A DNA stretch of 62,046 nt, the filler included, from Nitrospinae bacterium RIFCSPLOWO2_12_FULL_45_22 (GTDB lineage: Bacteria > 2-12-FULL-45-22): assembly GCA_001803565.1 (NCBI GenBank). It is 5 parts of 5 records of this genome, joined end to end, with 100 filler letters (N's around TTAATTAATTAA, not from the genome) between each part and the next. Parts side by side here need not be neighbours in the genome. Positions count along the whole stretch, not along the records: positions 44,615 to 56,321 come from MHDQ01000095.1; positions 56,422 to 62,046 come from MHDQ01000096.1; 3 more parts are not named here. One strand, given 5' to 3'. The translations under genes were made by a program, and so were the position numbers. Below the pieces are notes generated by a model that saw only the letters and a list, made by a program, of their open reading frames with translations, did no database searches and had not been told where the DNA came from. Below are positions 48,205 to 57,027 of the stretch, one piece after another. Every line of letters starts with the position of its first letter. Position 1 is the stretch's first letter.

Positions 48205-48234
48205 GAAACAGAAACTTTAAGGAGGTATAAAGCG

Positions 48235-50676
48235 GTGTCAAAGAATGATTTGAGGATGGGGGTTTTTGTCTGCGAATGCGGGCTGAATATTGCTGGTACC
48301 GTAGATTGCAAGGCAGTCTCAGAGTATGCCAGGACCTTACCCGATGTAGTAGCTGTTATCCAGAATAAGTATACCTGTGCTGATCCCGGGCAGAATGAGA
48401 TAAAGAAGGCTATCGCTGAACATAACCTGAACCGGGTGGTAGTAGCCTCCTGCACGCCCAAGATCCATGAACCTACTTTTAGGCAATGTGTGGCTGAAGC
48501 CGGGTTAAACCCTTATCTCTTTGAGATGGTCAATATCAGAGAGCATTGTAGTTGGGTTCACCAGAACCAAAAGGATAGAGCTACTGAAAAGGCCAAAGAT
48601 TTAGTAAGAAGCGGCGTCGCCCGGGCCCGGTACCTGGAGACCCAGGACGAAGCTGAAGTCAAGGTTACTAAATCTGCCCTGGTTATCGGTGGTGGGATAG
48701 CAGGAATCCAAGCAGCCTTAGACCTGGCCGATGGTGGCCATAAGGTATATCTGGTCGAGAAAGAACCGAGCATTGGCGGTATTATGGCTCAAATAGATAA
48801 AACCTATCCTACTATGGACTGCTCCATATGAATTCTCGGCCCCAAGATGATGGATGTCGGTCGACATCCCAACATTGAGTTGCTGGTCTATAGCGAGGTA
48901 GAAGATGTCAGCGGATATATAGGTAACTTCAAGGTAAAGGTAAGAAAGAAGGCCCGCTATGTAGGTGAGAAGGAATGCACCGCTTGTGGCGAGTGTGCCA
49001 AAATATGTCCGGTAGTAAAACCGGATGAGTATCAGATGGGTCTCTCTTCCCGCAAGGCCATATATATGCCCTTCCCGCAAGCTGTCCCATCGGCTTATAT
49101 CCTCAATATGGCAGATTGTTTGGGTAATAATCCGATTGCCTGCGGAAAATGCCTGGAGAAGTGCGAAAAGAAATGTATTGATTACGATATACAGGACCAG
49201 ATCCTGGAGCTAGAAATAGGAACCATCATTGCTGCTACCGGCATGGATGTCTATGATCCTACTGAACTGGATGAATACGGATATACCAGATATGAAAATG
49301 TTATCACCAGTATGGAATTTGAGCGCCTGATCTGTGCTGGTGGCCCAACCGAGGGGCATTTTGTAAGACCTACGGACTGGAAGACCCCTAAGAGTGTTGC
49401 CTTTATCCAGTGTGTCGGTTCTCGCTCAGAAAAGCGCGGTGCACCCTATTGCAGCAATATCTGTTGTATGAACACCATCAAGGATACTCTCCTTCTGGCA
49501 GATCACTACCCGGGTATGCAGTGCAAGGTGTTCTATATGGATATCAGGGCCTTTGGCAAGGGTTTTGAAGACCTATACAAACGGAGTAAGGAGGAAGGGG
49601 TCCAGTATATAAGGGGTCTGCCGGGTGAGATTGAAGAAGACCCGGTGACCAAGAACCTTATTTTAAGGGCAGAGAATACTACTACTCGTGAGATAGAAAC
49701 CCATGAAGTAGAGATGGTAGTCCTGTCGGTTGGGGTATTGCCCAGGAGGGATGGCGATGTGGTGCAAAAATTACTTACCCTCTCCCGTACCTCTGATGGC
49801 TTCTTCCTGGAGGCGCATCCGAAACTGAAACCGGTAGATGCCCCCACCCGTGGCGTATTTTTCGCCGGATGTACAGAATATCCCAAAGATGTGAAGGATA
49901 GTGTCACGCAAGCAGGTGCTGCAGCGGCCCGGGCCAGCATCATCCTTAACGCGGGCAAAGTGAAGATCGAGGCCATAACCTCCAGGCTCATTAAAGAGAA
50001 GTGTACCTTCTGTGGCCTCTGTGCCAAAGTATGCCCCTACCATGCCATTACCGCGGCAGATAGGAAGAATAAGGTCTATCCCATGGTGATAGAGGCTGCC
50101 TGTGCGGGCTGTGGTGCCTGTGCAGCCGAATGCCCGGTAGATGCTATTAAGATGCGACACTTTACTGATGAGCAGATCATGTCCCAGGTTGAGGCCTTAT
50201 TAGAGAAAGACAGCCAGGAGGCTATTGTCTGCTTTGCCTGCAACTGGTGCTCTTATGCCGGGGGAGATATGGCTGGGACCTCTCGGCTCCAATATCCACC
50301 CAATGTCCGCTTAATTCGGACAATGTGCAGTGGCCGGGTAGATAAGAAGTTTGTCTTGCAGGCCTTCAAACTAGGTGCCCCGCTGGTATTGGTCTCTGGC
50401 TGCCATTTTGCTGACTGTCATTATATCAGTGCCGTGCACTGGACCCAGAGACGGGTAGAGAGGCTATGGGATACCCTGGAGCAAAAGGGTATCCGGCCAG
50501 AAAGGCTGCAACTGGAGTGGATAAGTGCCGCTGAGGGACAGAAGTTTGCCAAGGTGATGCGAGGACTGGAGGAGATGCTCAAGGCCGTTACCCGAGAAGA
50601 GATTGAGTATACCATGAAGGTCCTGGGTGACGCCAAGGAAGTCACGCCAGAGCCAAGCCTTGTAGCCGTATCATAA
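48235..50676 (+). CDS. hdrA: Selenocysteine-containing HdrA fused to C-terminal MvhD domain (813 aa)
   Basis: GTG start behind AAGGAGG; the two tracked ORFs are in one frame joined by TGA 48829-48831 in TMDCSI-U-ILGPKM, a position that is Cys in HdrA; C-terminal CNWCSYAG...MCSGRV...GCHFADCHY. Confidence 0.92.
48846..48876 (+). promoter_or_regulatory. Candidate bacterial SECIS hairpin
   Basis: GGATGTC-GGTC-GACATCC perfect 7-bp stem (48852-48869) with lower GATG/CATT stem; loop G is 28 nt after the UGA. Confidence 0.75.
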
Positions 50677-50875
50677 TGAACTACTCAGCAAAAAATTCTC
50701 TGCCCCCTTAGAGATACTATTGCTAAGGGGGGTTGTGGCTTGGCGGTGCATAATTTGCTATGATAACCAATGACTAGAGGAGTATGTGGGTAGTGGCAGA
50801 GCTTCTCTCTGCTAGATAAAACTATTTTTTGAGCAAAGGCAAGCTTTGCGACTACAGGAGGTGGTGAGAGAGCAA

Positions 50876-51016
50876 ATGGCTGAAGAGGCAAAATTTAAAT
50901 GTCTTCGTTGCAATTATGAGTATAAAGCCCCCTATTCTCCTGAGGCCGGTCCGCAAGAGAGGACCTGCCCAAAATGCCGCAGTAATAGTGTCCGTAGGAT
51001 TGTAGAAAAGAAATAA
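50876..51016 (+). CDS. Small zinc-ribbon/rubredoxin-like protein (46 aa, below ORF-track cutoff)
   Basis: MAEEAKFKCLRCNYEY...ERTCPKCRSNSVRRIVEKK; two CxxC motifs; upstream AGGAGG. Confidence 0.75.
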   Translation: MAEEAKFKCLRCNYEYKAPYSPEAGPQERTCPKCRSNSVRRIVEKK

Positions 51017-51086
51017 TCAAAGTTAAAACCCTGACCAGCGGACAAGGCTATCCCGGGCCTCCCGAGAAGAACGGAGCTGATTTATT

Positions 51087-51363
51087 CTATTCATCCGCCG
51101 GGCTTTTTACCGCTAGCCCCGGCTTGTTCAGCACATGGGTATAAATCATGGTCGTGGAGACATCCGCATGTCCGGGTAATTCCTGTACCGTACGGATATC
51201 GTAACCACTCACATGTTCCGCTGTACATAAGCGCAACGGCAAGCCTTGTACAAAACGGCTCGAACCGCTGTGCCCACTTCACAAACCATTCCGCTTTGGC
51301 TTCCGGCACTCCCTGCCCTAAAGCAACAGCACGGTGCCCCTGCCAGAAAGCTTCCTTCCCCAC
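51087..51363 (-). pseudogene. intI: Integron integrase remnant with large internal deletions
   Basis: N-terminal FWQG...[10 protein letters not shown], box I fragment [10 protein letters not shown], and in another frame [38 protein letters not shown]; divergent from the cassette array. Confidence 0.88.
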
Positions 51364-51459
51364 TGATCCCTCCTTGACTTTCTATACTGTCTTTTAGATA
51401 ATAAATCCCCGAAAAAAATTATACACATTTATAAAATATGATACTATACAGAATTGTAG

Positions 51460-51523
51460 AATATTCAATAATATCTCGTTATGCAATATTAATATTCCCC
51501 ATTCTATATAATATCTGTTGGGT
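51460..51523 (+). other. attI region
   Basis: AT-rich segment upstream of intI ending ATAATATCT-G|TTGGGT; GTTGGGT (51517-51523) is the exact complement of ACCCAAC in the first attC. Confidence 0.7.
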
Positions 51524-51541
51524 GAGAGAGAAGGAGACACT

Positions 51542-52471
51542 ATGCCGAAGTTGACGAAGACAGCACAACGGGAAGCGAAGACGGCTTTCTCACAAGGCCT
51601 CCACGCCTTCGTTCAGAAGATGCGGGAGTACGTGAGCGCCGAGGATGGTGAATGGACGGTCAAAGGGTTCATCGACATCTATCGGAACATATACACCATC
51701 AGTTCCGACACGAAGATCGTCTCAAAGATCCTCGAAATCCATCTCTTCCCACAAATCCTTCAGTTTGCCCAAGAACAGGGCTACTCCATCGTCCTTGCTG
51801 AACACCAGAACTGGTATCCAGATCTGAGCTTTGTGTGTCTGGCCGATCAGCGCATCAAGTTTGCCGTGGACCTGAAGACCACTTACCGTGACCCTGACTG
51901 CCCCGGTCACGTGAACGGATTCACTCTTGGCAGTCACGGGGCATATTTCAAGGACCGAACGTCGACAAAGAATATCCAGTTTCCTTACGACGAATACTCT
52001 GGCCACTTCTGTCTCGGGATCATCTACACCCGAGCTGATGCCAGGGACGTTGACGGGACAGAGATCATCAACGTCAAGGAACTCGACGAGGAAACGGAGC
52101 ATCCTCTCCGCATCGGGCACAGAGAAGTCACCACCGTAGACAGTTTGCGCTCCATCGCCTCGGTAATCAAAGATTTCCAATTCTTCGTCTGCGAGAAGTG
52201 GCAACTCGCGAGCGATCGCCAGGGCTCAGGTAATACTGCCAACATCGGCTCAATCACGGCCATTGACGACATCTTGAGGGGAAACAGCATCTTCGCCAAA
52301 CTCGGAGAAGACTGGTTTGACGAGTACTGGATGAACTACGGCGTAACCACGATGAAGAAAGGCCGGAAGACAATCCCAATAAAAAGACTGGAGGACTTCA
52401 TCGCCTTCAAACGCGGTGACAAGGACCTCATCGTTCCTGTCGCGACGAAACGGAAAAGGAAGGAAGACTGA
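51542..52471 (+). CDS. Type II restriction endonuclease, EcoRV family
   Basis: SDTKIVSKILE, QNWYPDL, AVDLKTTY (PD...DxK), FTLGS, TKNIQFPY, GSGNTANIGS mirror EcoRV motifs. Confidence 0.88.
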   Translation: MPKLTKTAQREAKTAFSQGLHAFVQKMREYVSAEDGEWTVKGFIDIYRNIYTISSDTKIVSKILEIHLFPQILQFAQEQGYSIVLAEHQNWYPDLSFVCLADQRIKFAVDLKTTYRDPDCPGHVNGFTLGSHGAYFKDRTSTKNIQFPYDEYSGHFCLGIIYTRADARDVDGTEIINVKELDEETEHPLRIGHREVTTVDSLRSIASVIKDFQFFVCEKWQLASDRQGSGNTANIGSITAIDDILRGNSIFAKLGEDWFDEYWMNYGVTTMKKGRKTIPIKRLEDFIAFKRGDKDLIVPVATKRKRKED

Positions 52472-53415
52472 TGCGGGTTGTTGTGCCCCCAATCAAGAGC
52501 CAGGGGATCAAGACAAAACTCGTGCCATGGATACAAGCACTCGTTCCCGATGTTTCTGGGCACTGGATCGAGCCTTTCTTGGGTACGGGTGTAGTTGCGT
52601 TCAATTCAGGGTTTCAGCGCGCTCTCCTGAGTGACACGAATCCGCATGTGATCCGGTTCTATCAGCAAGTCCAACAGGGAGTCATCCGAGCTTCTCGCGT
52701 AAGGGCGTATCTTCAGGAAGAGGGGAAACGCCTTCAGTGCGCTCGGAATAGTGGATACGATCATTTCAATCTCATCAGGGATCGCTTCAACAGAGATCAT
52801 GATCCTCTTGATTTTCTCTTCCTTTCCAGGGCAGGTTTCAATGGGATGATGCGTTTCAATAGGAGGGGCGAATGGAACATCCCCTTCTGCAAGAAGCCGC
52901 AGCGTTTCAGTCGATCCTACATTACGAAAATCGTCAATCAAGTACACGATGCCGCGTGTCTGATACAGCCCGAGTGGGAGTTTCGGGTCGCTCCGTTTCA
53001 AGAGATCATCCCCCAGGCGACCTCTAGTGACATCATCTACTGTGATCCACCATATGCAGGTCGGTATGTTGATTACTATAATGGCTGGACAGACGAGGAC
53101 GAGCAGAGGTTATTTGAGTTGCTCTCATCAACACCGGCAAAGTTCATACTTTCGACATGGCACCATAACGATTATAGACATAACGATATGGTGGAACGTT
53201 ACTGGAGAAGATTCAACATCGTTACCCGGGATCACTTCTATCATTCTGGAGCAAAGATCGAGAACAGAAATACCATTGTGGAGGCGCTTGTTTTCAACTT
53301 TGATGCCAATATCGAGGAGCATAACCACGGCGTGAGGCCCAAGCCCGAACAGCTGATGCTTTTCGAAGAGAGAGCAGAATACATGACCCAACAATTGGGT
53401 CGAGCGGACGTGTGA
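52471..53415 (+). CDS. DNA adenine methyltransferase (Dam/M.EcoRV family)
   Basis: VPPIKSQGIKTKLVP, EPFLGTG, FNGMMRFN, YCDPPY; translationally coupled (TGATG). Confidence 0.92.
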   Translation: MRVVVPPIKSQGIKTKLVPWIQALVPDVSGHWIEPFLGTGVVAFNSGFQRALLSDTNPHVIRFYQQVQQGVIRASRVRAYLQEEGKRLQCARNSGYDHFNLIRDRFNRDHDPLDFLFLSRAGFNGMMRFNRRGEWNIPFCKKPQRFSRSYITKIVNQVHDAACLIQPEWEFRVAPFQEIIPQATSSDIIYCDPPYAGRYVDYYNGWTDEDEQRLFELLSSTPAKFILSTWHHNDYRHNDMVERYWRRFNIVTRDHFYHSGAKIENRNTIVEALVFNFDANIEEHNHGVRPKPEQLMLFEERAEYMTQQLGRADV

Positions 53416-53457
53416 TCCGCTGGCGCGTCTCACACGCCGCTCACCCACACGTTAGAC
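53386..53457 (+). other. attC site 1 (72 bp)
   Basis: ACCCAAC ... GGGT-C-GAGCGG / CCGCTCACCC ... GTTAGAC with an extrahelical base. Confidence 0.9.
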
Positions 53458-53483
53458 TATAACCCAAATAAAGGAGGAAACCC

Positions 53484-53714
53484 ATGTCTTTACAACTGCA
53501 AGAAGTAGTGAACAAAGCCCTTAATCTGTCTCCCGAGGAACGCGCAGAATTAGCACATGAACTGATTCTAAGCCTGGATGATACCAGAGACAAGGAAGTT
53601 GAAACGGCTTGGGATGCAGAGATTGAAAGTCGTGTAAGGGAAATTAAAAGCGGCAAGGCGAAAGGCAGACCGGCAGAGGATATACTTGCAGAGATACGAG
53701 CCAAATATTCATGA
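53484..53714 (+). CDS. Addiction module antitoxin
   Basis: ALNLSPEERAELAHELILSLD...AWDAEIESR; overlaps the toxin start. Confidence 0.88.
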   Translation: MSLQLQEVVNKALNLSPEERAELAHELILSLDDTRDKEVETAWDAEIESRVREIKSGKAKGRPAEDILAEIRAKYS

Positions 53715-54016
53715 AACACATCATTGTTCACAGTGAAGCAGAATTGGAATTGTGGCAAGCGGTAGAGTACTACGAAGCCAAACGCGTTGGATTAGGGCTG
53801 AATCTTGAGCAAGAGGTAAGCCACGCCCTTGCCGATATTCAGGAAGCACCCGACAGGTGGCCTAAAAGAAGCTATGGAACGATATGTCGTTTGCTCCGTC
53901 GATTTCCATATGCTATCTACTATTTGGAAGTTCAAGATGTTACCTGGGTAGTAGCTGTAGCACACACCAGCCGTAGGCCTTACTATTGGCGTAACCGCAT
54001 GAAAAGCAACATATAA
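53711..54016 (+). CDS. RelE/ParE family toxin
   Basis: HSEAELEL..AVEYYE..GLG, RRFPYAIYY, VAVAHTSRRPYYW. Confidence 0.88.
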   Translation: MKHIIVHSEAELELWQAVEYYEAKRVGLGLNLEQEVSHALADIQEAPDRWPKRSYGTICRLLRRFPYAIYYLEVQDVTWVVAVAHTSRRPYYWRNRMKSNI

Positions 54017-54018
54017 GA

Positions 54019-54093
54019 GTCTAACAAAAGGATGAACCCGACTGGTATTCCGCTGCACCCCATACCAACGGGTTATCCCGCTGGCCGTTAGGG
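54019..54093 (+). other. attC site 2 (75 bp)
   Basis: GTCTAAC ... GGAT-G-AACCCG / CGGGTTATCC ... GTTAGGG; GTCTAAC complements GTTAGAC that opens this cassette. Confidence 0.88.
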
Positions 54094-54241
54094 GCATCTT
54101 GATGCCAAGTCCAGCACGTTATTAAGACTCAAAAGAAAGGAGATAAACAATGCGCGTGTGAAATCTGGGGAGGGACACTTCCCCTATTTCATAAATATTG
54201 ATTTAAGATAGCAGTGTCCCTGACTTTTATAGGACGATATA

Positions 54242-54511
54242 ATGAAATTTGAATGGGACAGGAACAAAGAGAAGCTGAACATTAAAAAGCATACAATTTC
54301 TTTTGACGAAGCCGTCACCGTGTTCTATGATCCTTTATCGGCAACATTCGCTGATCCGGACCACTCCATTGAAGAGGATAGGTTAGTCACTATAGGCTAT
54401 TCATCTCAGGGACGTCTGTTTGTTGTATCGCACACGGAAAGAGGGGATGCGATACGGATTATCAGTGCACGCCCTGCAACCGTATCGGAGAGGAAAAGAC
54501 ATGAAAACTAA
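54242..54511 (+). CDS. BrnT family toxin
   Basis: MKFEWD..K...NIKKH.ISFDEA..VF.DP, DPDHS.EEDR, IRIISAR.AT..ER. Confidence 0.92.
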   Translation: MKFEWDRNKEKLNIKKHTISFDEAVTVFYDPLSATFADPDHSIEEDRLVTIGYSSQGRLFVVSHTERGDAIRIISARPATVSERKRHEN

Positions 54512-54758
54512 AACTATATCTGAGGAATTACGTCCCGAATATGAGTTCGATTATTCTAAAGCCGTTCGTGGTAAGTACTTCAAAAAGCTATTGGAGGAGG
54601 GAGCTAACGTGGTTGTCCTGGAACCTGAAATAGCCAAGGTGTTTACCAATTCGGCCGCTGTGAATGATGCCTTGAGATCTCTGCTTGAAATTACACGATC
54701 CACACAGCGCCTAACAAAGCACTCAACCGGACGTGCAAAAAAGCTGCGCACCGGTTAG
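54501..54758 (+). CDS. BrnA-like antitoxin
   Basis: ELRPEYEFDYSKAVRGKY, VLEPEIAKVF, AVNDALR; ATG 54501 overlaps the toxin end. Confidence 0.82.
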   Translation: MKTKTISEELRPEYEFDYSKAVRGKYFKKLLEEGANVVVLEPEIAKVFTNSAAVNDALRSLLEITRSTQRLTKHSTGRAKKLRTG

Positions 54759-54771
54759 TTTTTCGTTCGGT
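54709..54771 (+). other. attC site 3 (63 bp)
   Basis: GCCTAAC ... ACT-C-AACCGG / CCGGTTAGT ... GTTCGGT. Confidence 0.85.
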
Positions 54772-54850
54772 CAAGTCGGAGTGATGAAGAACATCTTGTG
54801 CATAGATGGGCACAAAGCTCACTAGTCTAAAACCACAGGAGGGTAAAAAA

Positions 54851-55363
54851 ATGCCTACAGCTCAAGAACTGCTTCCTGATCCCAATAAGCCACTGAGCGA
54901 GCATTCGGAGCTTCAATTGTTAGCCATGGTGCTATTCGGAGAAGCCCGAGGAGAACCGCCACAGACGCGGGAAGGTATTGGCCATGCGATTATCAACCGT
55001 GCCTTGCATCCCAGTTGGTGGGGTAGAAACCTGAAGGAAGTGATCCTCAAACCATGGCAATTCTCCAGCTTCAACGGGCCCGAGGTAATTCTGGTCATTA
55101 AGCCGCATCAGGTTGATCCGAACTATAGGAAACTGCGGGAGCCACTGAGGTATGAATCCCCGCAAGTCTGGGGGGATTGTTGCAATGCCGCTATCGAAGC
55201 GTATAAGCGCTTAACTCAGGCGACTTTACCCGATCTGGTCAAGGGGGCGAATCACTACTACGATACGTCCATCCCAGCGCCACGTTGGGCCGATCCGGAA
55301 AAATTTGTGCTCGCACTTCCGGCAAGTCGCAGAGGCCATGAAGTCCGATTTTACAAACTCTAA
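54851..55363 (+). CDS. Cell wall hydrolase (SleB/Hydrolase_2 family)
   Basis: LFGEARGE, IINRA, VILKPWQFSSFN, GANHYY, PRWA, H..FY; followed by a lone attC left end (CTCTAACAAAGC). Confidence 0.85.
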   Translation: MPTAQELLPDPNKPLSEHSELQLLAMVLFGEARGEPPQTREGIGHAIINRALHPSWWGRNLKEVILKPWQFSSFNGPEVILVIKPHQVDPNYRKLREPLRYESPQVWGDCCNAAIEAYKRLTQATLPDLVKGANHYYDTSIPAPRWADPEKFVLALPASRRGHEVRFYKL

Positions 55364-55476
55364 CAAAGCCCATTTGCGCAATGGGTGCTCACAAAACAAT
55401 TAACAAAGAGCAAAGAAGAAAACATTAAACCCGCTAGTTTTGTGGTTCTTAGCTCTTTGCTCTTAACTCTTAGCTT

Positions 55477-56190
55477 ATGGTAGCTATACAATTTGATGTT
55501 AAAGGATTCCTGGAGACATCGTTTCTCGAATGGCCGGGGCGGATAAGTTCGGTAATATTTTTGGCGGGGTGCAATTTTCGCTGCCCTTATTGTCATAACC
55601 ACCCCTTAGTCTTAGCACCGGCACGGCTCCCTACTATCCCATTAGAATCCATTCTTTCTTTTCTGGGGGGGCATAAAGACTGGATTGATGGGGTGGTGAT
55701 AACCGGTGGTGAACCTACCCTCTATGCAGCCCTACCATCTTTGGTTCAACAATTTAAGGAGCGAGGTTTCAGGGTAAAATTGGATACGAATGGTAGTAAT
55801 CCTATCTTGCTAAAAGAACTCCTGGATAATCACCTGCTAGATTATGTGGCGATGGATATCAAAGCCCCTCTGGAAGAGAACAAATATACTCTGGTGGCCG
55901 GGGTAGAAGTTGACCTTAGCAGAATCAATCAGAGTATCCAACTCCTACTGGATGCTGATATCCCCTACGAATTTCGTACTACAGTGCTCCCCTTATTCGT
56001 TACCCGAGAGGATGTCCTGGCTATCGCCCGGGTCATAAAAGGGGGGAAGAGGTATGTCTTACAGAATTTTAACCCCCAAAACCCCCTAGACCCTCGCTTA
56101 AAAGAAGAAGCCCCTTACCAGCCTGCCGAGTTGGAAGAAATAGCCCAACAACTAATGGATTATATCTCTCATATCCAGACTATCTATTGA
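55477..56190 (+). CDS. nrdG: Anaerobic ribonucleoside-triphosphate reductase activating protein (radical SAM)
   Basis: GCNFRCPYCHN, ITGGEPT, VKLDTNG, AMDIKAP, YEFRTT. Confidence 0.88.
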   Translation: MVAIQFDVKGFLETSFLEWPGRISSVIFLAGCNFRCPYCHNHPLVLAPARLPTIPLESILSFLGGHKDWIDGVVITGGEPTLYAALPSLVQQFKERGFRVKLDTNGSNPILLKELLDNHLLDYVAMDIKAPLEENKYTLVAGVEVDLSRINQSIQLLLDADIPYEFRTTVLPLFVTREDVLAIARVIKGGKRYVLQNFNPQNPLDPRLKEEAPYQPAELEEIAQQLMDYISHIQTIY

Positions 56191-56321
56191 ACTATATCGA
56201 ATTATCAAGGTATCTCCCTTTTGGCCGCAGATGAAGTATAATTACCCCTTGAGGCTAGCTATGGATAATTTGGGAGGATAAACATTGAAGGATCAATTGT
56301 ATAAATCATTTGTATCTTATG

Positions 56322-56421
56322 NNNNNNNNNNNNNNNNNNNNNNNNNNNNNNNNNNNNNNNNNNNNTTAATTAATTAANNNNNNNNNNNNNNNNNNNNNNN
56401 NNNNNNNNNNNNNNNNNNNNN
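56322..56421. other. Artificial contig linker
   Basis: N44-TTAATTAATTAA-N44. Confidence 0.98.
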
Positions 56422-56945
56422 CTCGTCTCATTGTATCCCTCTATAGCATGTATCAGGTCTTGCTCTGAGATTTCCAGATCAAATAGCCGCTCTAACCGGT
56501 GTTTAAATTCCCGCAACTCGGCTGAATAGAATTGCTGGCCCCTTTCAGTGTTCTTGCGGGGAACATTGACATTATAGATAACAGGAACCTTAAGATAATG
56601 TTCCCATACTTCGGCTAAGCGAATGATACCTTGGCAGACGGTCGAAGCTACGAAGCCATCCAAAAAGTCAAACTGATTGCTAAGTGCTAATTCAAAGCAG
56701 GTGCGCATAAAAGAACAGGTGCTGGTGTAAAGATAAGAGTTAGCTACATCCAACTGCAACTGCTTTGAATCACCCGTCACCCTAACAGGCAATATACCAG
56801 CGGCATAGATTATCTCTTCGGGCACATAAATACATGACCATCCGATTACCTTTTTGCCTTGATTCTTCCATTCTTTAATTGGGTCGGTATAGGGGAAGGA
56901 GGCGTTTATCCTCCTAATATCCTCAAGGGTTTTTAACTGCTCCAT
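56422..56945 (-). CDS. 2-hydroxyacyl-CoA dehydratase / benzoyl-CoA reductase subunit family protein, 3' truncated
   Basis: GKKVIGWSCIYVPEEIIYAAGILP, TCSF, FLDG, VCQ. Confidence 0.85.
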
Positions 56946-57027
56946 TATTTCGTTCCTTTCTATATCCGTAACAGTTCAGGTTCTTTGTCATTTCGAGCGC
57001 AGCGAGAAATCTTTCCGATTTTTGACC

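Larger units (their letters stand above)
51087..55364. mobile_element. Integron with inactive integrase and four gene cassettes
   Basis: intI remnant, attI, three complete attC sites and one partial, co-oriented cassette genes with codon usage unlike the flanks. Confidence 0.88.

Noticed and set aside
48175-48846. hdrA as a nonsense pseudogene or two genes
   Set aside because: The TGA falls at a conserved Cys position, the frame continues and a SECIS-like hairpin follows; selenocysteine is the better explanation.
51091-51363. 90-aa ORF as an intact novel protein
   Set aside because: It is a chimera of integrase fragments; its tail is the out-of-frame reading of the IntI C-terminus.
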